NCBI GenBank assembly: GCA_039804105.1
Contig: JBDRZU010000001.1
Span: forward strand, 256,001-320,000
Length of the DNA: 64,000 nt
Direction: 5' to 3'
Source: a candidate division WOR-3 bacterium
GTDB lineage: Bacteria > Hydrothermota > 32-111
The notes under the pieces: generated by a model
Told to the model about the DNA's origin: nothing
Seen by the model: the letters and a program-made list of their open reading frames with translations, nothing else
Databases searched by the model: none
In this document: piece after piece, positions 48,622 through 58,639 of the stretch
Layout: each line of letters opens with the position of its first letter
How positions within the stretch are numbered: the first letter of the stretch is position 1
Program-made: the position numbers and the translations under genes

Positions 48622-50535
48622 TTAGTTAACTACAACGAATTTTTTAACAAACGGTCTCTCTTCACCTGTAATTTGGATAAAATAAACACCCTTTGATAAT
48701 TTCTTCGAGAGTGTTATCTTATAAACTCCTTTTCCAGATTCTACAGGTTTATTAACAACATTTCTTCCAGTTAAATCATAGATCATAATGTTTGTTGGAT
48801 TATCGACCTCTTTATTGTATATGAACGAGAAAATTCCATTACCGTTGTCTTCAACAACAATCTTTTCAACTTTTAAATTTTCATCAAGACCTGTGAGTTT
48901 TGTTAAATTAACAGAACAGGTATAAGAAGTGTCTTCAAGTGTGAAAGTTATAGAATCTGGTGCATAACCGTTGTGTTCAAATTTCAGTTTGTAAGATTTT
49001 CCAAGAGGTAAATTTGAGAAGGAATAATATCCTGTTGCGTCTGTTGTATCAACTGTTACAACATCATAGTATATGGTTACGATTGAATTTGAAAGATCTG
49101 ATGGAGAATCGCTCAAATCAACATATCCAGAAATAGTTCCTTTTAATCTTAAAAGTGTTTTATTTATAATAGTATCTGATTGCAAAACTATTTCAGATGA
49201 GTCGGTTTCGTAATATGTCTTTTTGAAAATCAAGTTGTAAGTTCCTTCTGTTATTGGACCAAAATCAAATGATCCAACTGAATCTGTTACAATCGTATCA
49301 TTGAAATTATTGTTGTAAAGAATTACAGAGATTCCTGAGGAATTTGAATTATCATCAAGTGTAACTACACCTGAAATATTAAAAAGATTAACTATCTCAA
49401 TATCCGAATTATTCCTTGGTTGCAATTTATAGTTTCCATATGTATAATCAAGAATTCCAGTGATATAAACAGTTTGTCCTATTGAAGGAACAGTATATGT
49501 CGCAAGGTTATCGATTGTGAGTGTATCAACACCATCAGAAACAAGCCATTCACCATTTGCATCAGGTGCAGTTAAGACTGCAACAGGTCCAACTTTTATT
49601 AAAACACCTTCATAGTTCTCTCCAATCTGTGATAACGAAAGAACAAAAGGTGCAGGAGAAGTTCCATCACCTGCTTTATAAAGTTCTGTTCCAACACTAA
49701 CAAGTTGTGTTTTATTAAAGTATTCATTTACAAGACCATGATAAAAAATTATAGTATCTCCAACATTGTATGTATGGTTTCCAATATCACCATAGACACA
49801 TATACCATCCCATTCTTTTGGTCCTGTTTTTGATGTTATATAATATTGACCAGTAAAAACTGCTGTAACTACACATGTATCTATTACCTTTACTGTTGAA
49901 TCTTTATAAAGTGAAAAAGAATCAGGTGTGGTTTGAATATCAACTATACTCTTTAGCAACAATGGGTTATTTGCACTTCCAGGAGTTCTTACCATATAGT
50001 GTGCAAAATCTAAATAGTTATTGTTGAATTCAAAAGTGAAAGGATCAGTATGTCTTCCCATATAAGCAAAATAATTTGTTGCAGGAGCTACATCATAGGT
50101 AGGCCATGTCTCTCCTCTGAATACAGAATCCGCTCCAGATGGAAGTCCATAACAAACAGCATCAAGTGTTGTGTATGAACCAAGTGAATCAAATCTTAAA
50201 ATTATATTATCAGATGGACCATTTTGAAAATCAACCAATGTTGAAATCATATCATAGTTTGGAACATTTGCAGATTGCGCAACAACAAAGTAACTGTCAG
50301 CTGGAATTGTTTTTCCTGAAAGATTTATTGTTGCAAACACTGCACCACCATTACCATTTATTCCAACAATCTTAACTGAATCAAGAGATGTCCCCGGTAT
50401 TCCTTTTATCTCTATATAACAACTCGTATCAGTTCCAGGTGCATCGTAAAAAAATTCGTTGATATAAAGCGTCGGCACTGCAAAAACATATGAGAAGATA
50501 AAAATTAACAGGGGTAAAAATAAAAACTTTTTCAT
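48622..50535 (-). CDS. Secreted protein with lamin-tail-like, OB-fold-like and carboxypeptidase-regulatory-like domains and a T9SS-type tail
   Basis: Signal peptide; YINEFFYD..YIEI; GLVNEYFNKTQL; ENYEGVLI; YKLQPR; IYDLTGR..LSKGVYF. Confidence 0.75.
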   Translation of the reverse strand: MKKFLFLPLLIFIFSYVFAVPTLYINEFFYDAPGTDTSCYIEIKGIPGTSLDSVKIVGINGNGGAVFATINLSGKTIPADSYFVVAQSANVPNYDMISTLVDFQNGPSDNIILRFDSLGSYTTLDAVCYGLPSGADSVFRGETWPTYDVAPATNYFAYMGRHTDPFTFEFNNNYLDFAHYMVRTPGSANNPLLLKSIVDIQTTPDSFSLYKDSTVKVIDTCVVTAVFTGQYYITSKTGPKEWDGICVYGDIGNHTYNVGDTIIFYHGLVNEYFNKTQLVSVGTELYKAGDGTSPAPFVLSLSQIGENYEGVLIKVGPVAVLTAPDANGEWLVSDGVDTLTIDNLATYTVPSIGQTVYITGILDYTYGNYKLQPRNNSDIEIVNLFNISGVVTLDDNSNSSGISVILYNNNFNDTIVTDSVGSFDFGPITEGTYNLIFKKTYYETDSSEIVLQSDTIINKTLLRLKGTISGYVDLSDSPSDLSNSIVTIYYDVVTVDTTDATGYYSFSNLPLGKSYKLKFEHNGYAPDSITFTLEDTSYTCSVNLTKLTGLDENLKVEKIVVEDNGNGIFSFIYNKEVDNPTNIMIYDLTGRNVVNKPVESGKGVYKITLSKKLSKGVYFIQITGEERPFVKKFVVVN

Positions 50536-50545
50536 AATTCACCTC

Positions 50546-51700
50546 TTACTTTAAAAGGTTAACTTTATAGACAAAAGTTTTTCCCTCTTTTTCCACTTTC
50601 ACAAAATAAATTCCTGATTTTACTGAAAATATCATATTTTTTAAGAATGAAGTGTACAATGTTCTTCCAGTTATATCAAGAATTGAAACTTTTGAAGAAT
50701 AATCTGTCAAACTTTCAATTCTTATTCCAACATTGTTTAGCGAATAAACCTTAATTGAAAAAGATTTATCATTTGGTTTCAAAATTTCATCGAGATTGTT
50801 GTAATCTGCAGGTGTTGGAATCTCTTTTTTAAAATCAACAGAAGTTATCTCATCATAACCTTTAAAGAATGTTCTTGTCCCATTTGGTATAACTGAAAAT
50901 GAGGTATCAGCTGGAATATTATGCCATCCAACCTGATCTATCCTGTTCCCTGCATTGTTATAAAGGTATATATTGTCTCTGTAAGCATCAAGGTAAAAGT
51001 ATTGTGGGAAAGAGGTGTCATATAAAACAAAATATCCATAAGCAGGAATCGTTGTTCCTGATGGGATATAATAATCATCATCACAAACAATAATCCAATT
51101 ACTTATGTCTACCGGAGTATTTGAATTATTATAAAGTTCAATAAACTCAGTTACAGCAGTTGAATTGTCGTTTGAATCTGATGGATACACTTCATTGATA
51201 AAAACTGTTCCTGTACCCAACATATTCGCAGGACAATCGTTTGCACTTCCCATAGTCGGTGTAAAATCCATATTGAAATCTAAAGCATGATCTCCAGTAT
51301 TATCAACCCTTGCGCAGGAAAAATTGTATATAGGGGCAGGTGCTCCTCCAAGATCACCATAACCAACTGAATCTATGAGATTATCCGAAGCATCCTTTAT
51401 GATTATTATCGCTCCATCGTTTGGAAGTCCCAAAGAATCGTTAAACTCCACTGCACCAAGATTAAACGCTTTATACCCACCTGCTGGAATTGTATATGAT
51501 TTAAATGTTGTACTACTCGTTGAGGTAGAGCCCTTTATATAAAGTTTATAACCATTAACATCAATCGAAGTAGTCCCATCGTTGTAGAGTTCTATCTGTT
51601 CAGCACTCGTTGGTGTTACTATAAACTCGTTGATCTTTAAATCAGCGAAGAGATTAAAAAATGTTAAAATTGCAAAGATTAAAAGACAAAGTTTTTTCAT
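50546..51700 (-). CDS. Secreted protein with two lamin-tail domains and a T9SS-type tail
   Basis: INEF..EQIELYN and INEVY..EFIELYN; tail LDITGR..SGIYFVKV. Confidence 0.78.
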   Translation of the reverse strand: MKKLCLLIFAILTFFNLFADLKINEFIVTPTSAEQIELYNDGTTSIDVNGYKLYIKGSTSTSSTTFKSYTIPAGGYKAFNLGAVEFNDSLGLPNDGAIIIIKDASDNLIDSVGYGDLGGAPAPIYNFSCARVDNTGDHALDFNMDFTPTMGSANDCPANMLGTGTVFINEVYPSDSNDNSTAVTEFIELYNNSNTPVDISNWIIVCDDDYYIPSGTTIPAYGYFVLYDTSFPQYFYLDAYRDNIYLYNNAGNRIDQVGWHNIPADTSFSVIPNGTRTFFKGYDEITSVDFKKEIPTPADYNNLDEILKPNDKSFSIKVYSLNNVGIRIESLTDYSSKVSILDITGRTLYTSFLKNMIFSVKSGIYFVKVEKEGKTFVYKVNLLK

Positions 51701-51723
51701 TCTTCCTCCTAATAAATAAAATT

Positions 51724-53019
51724 TTAAGGCTCAGTCCTATCAAGTGTTCTGGCAAATGGGATCACTTCCCTGATATGTTGTGTTTTTGTAATCCATTGAA
51801 CGAATCTTTCGATCCCAAGTCCAAAACCTGCATGTGGAACAGAACCATATTTTCTTAAATCAAGATACCATTTGAAACTTTCAATCGGAAGATTATGTTC
51901 TACAATTCTGTTTAAAAGAGTATCATAATCATCCTCTCTCTGTCCACCACCTATAGTTTCTCCATATCCTTCACCAGCAATCATATCAAAACCAAGCGCA
52001 AGATCAGGTCTATCTTTATCCCTTTTCATGTAAAACGCTTTTATTTCAGCAGGATACCTGTGAACAAAAACAGGTCTATCGAATTCTAAAGACAGAGCGG
52101 CCTCATCAGGTGCACCAAAATCATCTCCAAATTTTATATCAATTCCTTTTTTATTCAAAATTTTTATAGCGTCCTCATAAGTTATTCTATAAAAAGGTTT
52201 TTTTACATTTTCGAGTGGTTTGATATCCCTTTCCAACGTTTTCAAATCTTCTCCCCTTCTTTCGAGTATTTTTTCAACCAAATATACAACAAGATCTTCA
52301 GCAAGTTCCATATCATCATCTATATCGAAGAAAGCAACCTCAGGTTCAATCTGCCAGAACTCTGTTAGGTGTCTTCTCGTTTTTGATTTTTCCGCTCTGA
52401 AAGCAGGGCCAAAACAGTAAACTTTTCCATAAGCGAGTGCCGCAGCTTCCATATAGAGTTGACCTGATTGGGAAAGATAAACTTTTTTTTCATCGAAATA
52501 GTTTACCTCAAAAAGAGTCGTAGTTCCCTCACAAGCGGATGGTGTGAATATCGGAGCATCAATACATAAAAATTTTCTGTTGTTAAAAAACTCTCTTGCA
52601 TAAAAAACAACATCACTTCTTACTCTCATCAAAGCTGCCTGTTTTTTTGATCTGAGCCATAAGTGTCTATTGGATTGCAAAAAATCAACACCATGTTCTT
52701 TTGGAGAAATCGGATAATCTATCGATTTCGAAATGATTATAAAATCTATTATATCAAGTTCAACTCCAGATGGGGCTCTTTTGTCTTCTCTCACTTTTCC
52801 ATACAATATTAAACTCGTTTCCTGAGTCAATTCATCAAATCTTTTTATGATCTCTTCATTATGGTTGGGATGATACAAAACTGCTTGAACTATGCCAGTC
52901 CCATCTCTGAACAAAAGAAAAGAAATTTTTCCACTTGAACGGGTATTGTATACCCAACCTTTTAATTCAACTTCTTCACCAATATGATTTTTCAATTCAT
53001 CAACAGTTAAATATTTCAA
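51724..53019 (-). CDS. asnS: Asparagine--tRNA ligase
   Basis: FRDGTG, RHLWLRS, CEGTTTLF, FRAEKSKTRRHL and PHAGFGLGIER; true start is TTG 53019 after GGAGG. Confidence 0.95.
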   Translation of the reverse strand: MKYLTVDELKNHIGEEVELKGWVYNTRSSGKISFLLFRDGTGIVQAVLYHPNHNEEIIKRFDELTQETSLILYGKVREDKRAPSGVELDIIDFIIISKSIDYPISPKEHGVDFLQSNRHLWLRSKKQAALMRVRSDVVFYAREFFNNRKFLCIDAPIFTPSACEGTTTLFEVNYFDEKKVYLSQSGQLYMEAAALAYGKVYCFGPAFRAEKSKTRRHLTEFWQIEPEVAFFDIDDDMELAEDLVVYLVEKILERRGEDLKTLERDIKPLENVKKPFYRITYEDAIKILNKKGIDIKFGDDFGAPDEAALSLEFDRPVFVHRYPAEIKAFYMKRDKDRPDLALGFDMIAGEGYGETIGGGQREDDYDTLLNRIVEHNLPIESFKWYLDLRKYGSVPHAGFGLGIERFVQWITKTQHIREVIPFARTLDRTEP

Positions 53020-53044
53020 TTGAACCTCCAAAACTTTAAAAATT

Positions 53045-53375
53045 TGTGGGTAGATAGTAAGCCGAATTCTGTTTTCTGGCAATCTATCTTGGATGGTTGT
53101 TACCAGCCATCTCAAGCGATCTACCCGAGGTTTTAGCCGGGCAAGCTAACCTCTGTTTGATCTTGCTCCGGATGGGGTTTGCCAATCTGTCCAGTTACCT
53201 GAACAGATGGTGAGCTCTTACCTCACCTTTTCACCCTTACCTACCAATAGGTAGGCGGTATATTTTCTGTTGCACTTTCCATAAGCTTTCGCTTTCCGGG
53301 TGTTACCCGGCATCCTGCCCTGTGGAGTTCGGACTTTCCTCAAGTTAAAGAACTTGTAGCCAGCATCTACCCACA
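53045..53375 (-). ncRNA. rnpB: RNase P RNA (bacterial type A)
   Basis: GAGGAAAGTCCGAAC, AGTGCAACAGAAA, GGTAAGAGC and ACAGAATTCGGCTTA; P1 helix TGTGGGTAGAT/ATCTACCCACA. Confidence 0.97.
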
Positions 53376-53381
53376 GTTTTT

Positions 53382-53409
53382 ATTATAACTTTTAAAAATA
53401 TCAAGTCAA
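53382..53409 (-). promoter_or_regulatory. rnpB promoter
   Basis: TTGACT-N16-TATAAT ending 6 nt before the RNA 5' end. Confidence 0.8.
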
Positions 53410-53924
53410 TATAAAATGGTTTTACCATTTTCTTTTAGAGTTTTTGCGAATTCAAAATAAGATTCAGCATGTTTTTTTAAATCATCTATAACATTTTCAG
53501 TTAGAGTTTTTTTTACCTGTCCGGGAACTCCAGCAACGAGAGAGAATGGTGGTATAACACTCTTTTCTTTTACAACCGTTCCGGCAGCAATGATGCTTCC
53601 TTCACCTATTTCGACACTATCTAAAATAACACTCCCCATACCTATAAGAACATAATTAGAAATCTTGCATCCATGCAACACAGCATTATGCCCAACGGTT
53701 ACATAATCCCCAATAATACATGGTAACTCAAATGTCACATGGCATACAGAAAGGTCTTGAATGTTCGAATACTTCCCAATTTCAATATAATTTATATCAC
53801 CTCTTAATACCGATTTGAACCAAACTGATGAATTCTCTTTACATCTTACATCTCCAATCAATACAGCATCTTCGGAGATATAAAAAGGACGCTGAGGTTC
53901 TTTATTGTTTACTTTTATAAACAT
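53406..53924 (-). CDS. Gamma-carbonic anhydrase family protein
   Basis: VLRGD, SNIQD..CH and TVGHNAVLHGC motifs. Confidence 0.92.
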   Translation of the reverse strand: MFIKVNNKEPQRPFYISEDAVLIGDVRCKENSSVWFKSVLRGDINYIEIGKYSNIQDLSVCHVTFELPCIIGDYVTVGHNAVLHGCKISNYVLIGMGSVILDSVEIGEGSIIAAGTVVKEKSVIPPFSLVAGVPGQVKKTLTENVIDDLKKHAESYFEFAKTLKENGKTILY

Positions 53925-53954
53925 AGTATCTCTCCTTTTTTAGTTAAATTTTTT

Positions 53955-54278
53955 TTACACTATATGTAAATTATAATCTTTTCTTTTTAAAACTATTCTT
54001 TTGATGTGATCTTTTCTGAAAGCATTCTGAGGACACTCTTCAATACATAAACAACAATTTATACATTTTGTTATTTCAAAAATTAGGTTTTCCTCTTTTA
54101 TTTTAAAACTTTTTGTTGGACAGATATCAACACACAATTTGCAAAAATTACATTTTTCTTTATCCAACGATGGAACAACCAATTTTATATCCCCTGTAAA
54201 AAGGAATTCCTTTTTTTCTTTTCTAACAAGATATTTCAATTGAAAAAAAGTTTCTAAAAAACCAACAATATTGATCAT
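53955..54278 (-). CDS. 2x[4Fe-4S] subunit (NuoI/MbxN-like)
   Basis: CNFCKLCVDICP and CINCCLCIEECP. Confidence 0.8.
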   Translation of the reverse strand: MINIVGFLETFFQLKYLVRKEKKEFLFTGDIKLVVPSLDKEKCNFCKLCVDICPTKSFKIKEENLIFEITKCINCCLCIEECPQNAFRKDHIKRIVLKRKDYNLHIV

Positions 54279-55384
54279 ATAAAAACCTCCATTGGCACTA
54301 TATAGAGAGATGAATAAATTAAAGGTATATCTGAGGATGAATAATTTCCACTTAATTTATTGATCATTAAAAGACCGTTTACAAAAGAGGTAGTTGTGAA
54401 TTTTATATGTTCTATAGTTGAATCTATAACTTCAACATAAACAGAAAGTTCACCATTCACACCTTCAATTCTTTTGAAAGAAAATCTGTTGCCTATTTTT
54501 TCATGATACGGAATATCTTTATATAAATTCTCATCAGATATTTCATTCAACAATTTTAAACAACATTTTATAATCTTTATCGAATTTTTTATTTCAAAAT
54601 ATAAAGAAAGAATCCTGTTATAAACATCTGAAATTTCAAAAGGATGAATCGAAAATTCAACTTTTTCATACATTTCATAAGAAGCGTTTTTTCTTAAATC
54701 AAATTTTATCCCACAACTCCTTAGCAAAAGTCCAGTTGCATTATTTTTCTTTAATGTTTCTTTATCAAAAATACCAAAATTCTTTGTTCTTGATATTAGA
54801 GAAATATTTCTGAAAAAAATTTTTTCATAGTCAAACAAAATCTTTTCATAATACCTATCAAAAAATTCCAACAGCATTTCTATATCGCCATTGTAAATTC
54901 TTTTGTTAATACCTCCTGGAACAATAAAATCAGTTAATATATTTTCGTTTTTTGTGAGAATTTTCAATATTGACAACATTTTTTCTCGATCTTTCAAAGT
55001 CCAGTATTTAAAAGTTTCAAAACCAAGAACTGATGAAATCGTAGATAAAAATAGCAAAGATGCTGATATTCTTTCAACCTCTAAAACAATCATTCTAAAA
55101 ACCTTAGATTTTTCAGGTATTTTAACATTATATATTTCTTCAATCGCAAGAGAAAAAACCTCCTGATAATGAAGTGTTTGAACAAAAGAAAGTTTTGGAA
55201 TCATCTTAACAGCAGTTTGGATTTTTTTACCTTTTAATATTTTATTAATATTTTTTCTTTCATTTTCAAAATTAATATCCAAGTCTTTAAAAGAAAATTT
55301 ATCTATATCAAACTCAATAGTAATATTACCCAAAGATGTGCAAGGTTCAATCTTATTAACAATGTAAGGAAATTTTTTTCTCAA
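54275..55384 (-). CDS. NuoD/MbxL-like large subunit, divergent, without NiFe cysteines
   Basis: LEVERI, DREK, VPGGI, TGLLLRSCGIKFDLRK and EGVNGE motifs. Confidence 0.8.
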   Translation of the reverse strand: MRKKFPYIVNKIEPCTSLGNITIEFDIDKFSFKDLDINFENERKNINKILKGKKIQTAVKMIPKLSFVQTLHYQEVFSLAIEEIYNVKIPEKSKVFRMIVLEVERISASLLFLSTISSVLGFETFKYWTLKDREKMLSILKILTKNENILTDFIVPGGINKRIYNGDIEMLLEFFDRYYEKILFDYEKIFFRNISLISRTKNFGIFDKETLKKNNATGLLLRSCGIKFDLRKNASYEMYEKVEFSIHPFEISDVYNRILSLYFEIKNSIKIIKCCLKLLNEISDENLYKDIPYHEKIGNRFSFKRIEGVNGELSVYVEVIDSTIEHIKFTTTSFVNGLLMINKLSGNYSSSDIPLIYSSLYIVPMEVFI

Positions 55385-55812
55385 AATTCCTCCCTATCTG
55401 TTTCAAGATAGTTAAAGATTACATTTTTCGTTTCGGGATTGCCTTCAAAAATGATACCATACTTTTTATTTATTTCTCGTTCAAAAATTGAAGCAACCGG
55501 ATAGATCATATCAATAGATGTGAATATGGGATTCTCTTTTTCAATAAAAACTTCCACGATTATATTTTTTTTAACAGATGTAGAGTTTATAAAATACTTT
55601 ATTGTAAAACCATTTTCTCTTTCGATGACAACAATAGTTGAAAGGTATTTGTAATTCCATTTGTTGTATAAAAAGTCGAGTGTATAAGTCAAGATTTTTT
55701 TTTCATCAAGTTTGAAATATATAAAATCTTTGCCAGAATAAATGTTTTCAGTTATAAGTGTTTTTATGTCATGTTGTAAGAACTGGCTATCATAATAAAA
55801 ATTTTCTTTCAT
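55381..55812 (-). CDS. NuoC/MbxK-like subunit
   Basis: SIDMIYPVASIFEREINKKYGIIFEGNP. Confidence 0.8.
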   Translation of the reverse strand: MKENFYYDSQFLQHDIKTLITENIYSGKDFIYFKLDEKKILTYTLDFLYNKWNYKYLSTIVVIERENGFTIKYFINSTSVKKNIIVEVFIEKENPIFTSIDMIYPVASIFEREINKKYGIIFEGNPETKNVIFNYLETDREEF

Positions 55813-56164
55813 AGAACTCTTCCTCCAAAAATTTAATCAGGTTTAAACAATCAACCGGACAACCTATAATTGTGTAATCAAAACTTTTAAGAATCTCATC
55901 CTTGATACTTTCATCAACAAAAGTAAAGTTACCTAAAAATATTTTGACTTTATTCGTATTTAGAAATTCGTTTTTTATCATCTGAAAAGCATTTGAATTT
56001 AGGCAACCATAAACAAAAATAATTTCAGCATCATTTATTGAACTTGTCTTTTCAAGAATCAATTTTTCCGATGTGTAGTATTCAGATTCCATCGATATAA
56101 AAGTATCGATACAACAACCTGACCCAAAAATTATGTATTTTAAATATAATTTACCGTACAGCAT
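55790..56164 (-). CDS. NuoB/MbxJ-like small subunit, divergent
   Basis: GSGCC, DAEIIFVYG and IIGCP motifs. Confidence 0.7.
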   Translation of the reverse strand: MLYGKLYLKYIIFGSGCCIDTFISMESEYYTSEKLILEKTSSINDAEIIFVYGCLNSNAFQMIKNEFLNTNKVKIFLGNFTFVDESIKDEILKSFDYTIIGCPVDCLNLIKFLEEEFYERKFLL

Positions 56165-56915
56165 ATTTCAAAATTATATTTATTAAAACATTCATTAAAA
56201 ATGATGAAAATAAAATTAAAAATGTTAAATCTTTTGAAAAACTCATAAAAACTATTTTAATAGTGTAGAAAAATAATCTAAAGATGAAAACAGCAAGAGA
56301 TAAAAAGAAGAAATCAATTCTTGAACCATACATGAAAACTATGAACAAAGAATTTAAAATTGTAAAAAAAATAGAGTCAAGAGTATCTAAAAAATACAAC
56401 TCCCCTTTTGAAATGTAAAAATAAAAATTCTGTTTTGTTTTATCAAAATTTAAAACTAACAGAGATGGGAAACTCAGCAAGAAAATTAATAATTTGAAAC
56501 CAAAAAAATTATTTTTCGATAAATTGTTCAAAGCGAACAAACTCAAAAAGAATACTACCATCGAAAATAAAATAACCCAGAAATCTTTAAGTATTTCTTT
56601 ATGGTATGATAACTGAGAATTTTTTATTTTTATGTAAAAAGACAAAAAAAGCAAAAGAGATACAAAAGATAAAATCGTCAAAATATTTTCATGGTTTAAC
56701 AAATATAACCATAAATAAAGCAAAAATAAAAAAACAATTTTAAACATAATACTCACAATAAAATAAAAGTTCTCTTTTGAAAATAAAACAATATTGTATA
56801 GAATTATATCCTTTTCATCCCTTCTTGAAATTTTATACAAAAAATATTTTTCAAACCAAAAGATAATAACAAAATTTAATAGATAAAAGAAAACGAAATT
56901 AAAAAGAATATTCAT
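56151..56915 (-). CDS. NuoH/MbxM-like membrane subunit, highly divergent
   Basis: Polytopic protein; WFEK..KISRR and LFSKEN echo NuoH; position in the gene order fits. Confidence 0.5.
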   Translation of the reverse strand: MNILFNFVFFYLLNFVIIFWFEKYFLYKISRRDEKDIILYNIVLFSKENFYFIVSIMFKIVFLFLLYLWLYLLNHENILTILSFVSLLLFLSFYIKIKNSQLSYHKEILKDFWVILFSMVVFFLSLFALNNLSKNNFFGFKLLIFLLSFPSLLVLNFDKTKQNFYFYISKGELYFLDTLDSIFFTILNSLFIVFMYGSRIDFFFLSLAVFIFRLFFYTIKIVFMSFSKDLTFLILFSSFLMNVLINIILKYAVR

Positions 56916-58636
56916 AGATTACCTCTATAAAAAATTATAAGCAAAAAAATGAAAAAAATTAAAAGAATGAATATCGTTGCAGAAAAACTTCTTTGATATA
57001 GTTTTAGAATAGTTAAACTAAAATCTTCCAAAAATACTTTTATGGAATAAAATATTTTATTTAAGTCTGTTTTTTCTAGAAAACTTTGCAAAACTTTTTG
57101 ATTTGGGGACAAGTCAAAATTGAAATTTAAAAGATCTCCTATAATTGAATTTTTTCTACCATGAATATAAAAATATTCTTCACTGTTAGATGTCGGTAAT
57201 ATTACAGGGTTGTACCCATCATCCTTCAGTTTCAATAAAAGCAACAAAATTATTGCACCCAAAATACCAAAAATAAGATGTGAGATAAAAGAACTATAAC
57301 CATTAACATATTTCAATATGCCATAGCATAAAATCGGAATTAAAAAAGGTATTGTTAAAACCGAAATCAAAAATTCAGAACTTTTTATCGTTTTGGTTTC
57401 AGAAATATTACTTTTTTGGATAAAAAGAAGATAAAGCAACTTAAGCGTAAGGGAAATATAAAAAAGTAAGTAAATAAGAAAAACAAAAAAGATTGGAAAA
57501 GAATTGTATGATAAATTAAAAAGAGGTTCTCTAAAAAGGTAAAACCCCATAGTCGGATAAAGAAATGAAAGCGATAAGAGTGATAATATTATTACAAACG
57601 ATGATATCGGTTTTAAATAAAAAAGGTTAAACAAAAAATTGAAATTTGATGTTTTAAATTTATCTTCAATATAATCAAAAAAAACAAAAATAAAAGTTAA
57701 AGGGATAAAATACAAAATAACATTTATCAAATAGCCAAAAGAAAAATCTGAATAGTAAAGAAATATCAAGAGATTTGTTACAAAGATTGCTCCAGAAAAG
57801 TTAAACATGGACAATTTCAAATCATTCGAAATCAAAGATTCTATTGAAAATACAAACAAGGTTAGCAGGAAGAAAAGATAAATAAAAAATTTCGAAATAT
57901 TGGGAAGAATATGTTGACTGATCAAAAAGTTATTGTAAAGAAAGCCCATTATAAAAAATCCAGAGAGAAAAATTGACATAGTAAAAATACCAATAAAATT
58001 GAAATCCGATTTTGTCAACTCTTTTTTAAAGAATGTACTTAAAGGTAAAACAAGAGTTCTGAGTGCAACAGAAATGTAAAGCACAATGTAAAAAAATGAA
58101 GGATAGTTCGAAAAAGATTTATTTGATGTTATCACAACTATAACTGATAGCAATAAAAGTGAACCAAAAAGATTAACGAGAAGTATGTTTTCACTACTTT
58201 TATAATCATTGAGATTTATTGTTAAAGTTATAACCAGGATAAAAAATAAAATTTCAAAAAATATATAGATGGTTATAAAATCGTTCGAAACAAAAATAAT
58301 ATTCAATAAAGCGAAAATAAAACAGATGTTCATAAAATAACTGTTTTCACTCTCTCGTGGAGAACGAAAGAGTTCTCTCAAGATAAAAAAGAAGAATAAA
58401 ATATGGTTAAGAATTAAAAAGGAATATGAGAAATCAGTTTTTGAAAAATTCAAATTTAGTGATTCAAAACCAAAAAAATTGATGGTTAACTTCGTAGAAT
58501 CAATCGAATAAAAATACAAAAAGGAGAAAACAAGAAAAACTGAAACAAAAACATTCCTTAAAACTCTGTTAAGATTTCCTAAAATGTAAACGCAAATTAT
58601 TGAGATTATGGTTGAATAAAAATATATACTATTCAT
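56912..58636 (-). CDS. MrpA/D (NuoL/M)-like antiporter subunit
   Basis: SNDFITIYIFFE, SNDLK and LSFLYPTMGF motifs; many TM segments. Confidence 0.7.
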   Translation of the reverse strand: MNSIYFYSTIISIICVYILGNLNRVLRNVFVSVFLVFSFLYFYSIDSTKLTINFFGFESLNLNFSKTDFSYSFLILNHILFFFFILRELFRSPRESENSYFMNICFIFALLNIIFVSNDFITIYIFFEILFFILVITLTINLNDYKSSENILLVNLFGSLLLLSVIVVITSNKSFSNYPSFFYIVLYISVALRTLVLPLSTFFKKELTKSDFNFIGIFTMSIFLSGFFIMGFLYNNFLISQHILPNISKFFIYLFFLLTLFVFSIESLISNDLKLSMFNFSGAIFVTNLLIFLYYSDFSFGYLINVILYFIPLTFIFVFFDYIEDKFKTSNFNFLFNLFYLKPISSFVIILSLLSLSFLYPTMGFYLFREPLFNLSYNSFPIFFVFLIYLLFYISLTLKLLYLLFIQKSNISETKTIKSSEFLISVLTIPFLIPILCYGILKYVNGYSSFISHLIFGILGAIILLLLLKLKDDGYNPVILPTSNSEEYFYIHGRKNSIIGDLLNFNFDLSPNQKVLQSFLEKTDLNKIFYSIKVFLEDFSLTILKLYQRSFSATIFILLIFFIFLLIIFYRGNL

Positions 58637-58639
58637 TTT

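Noticed and set aside
53020..53115. N-terminal extension of asnS in the ORF track
   Set aside because: It overlaps the RNase P RNA 3' end; GGAGG plus TTG at 53019 gives the normal start.
54275..55384. NiFe hydrogenase large subunit
   Set aside because: Neither CxxC motif is present, and there are no maturation genes in the window.
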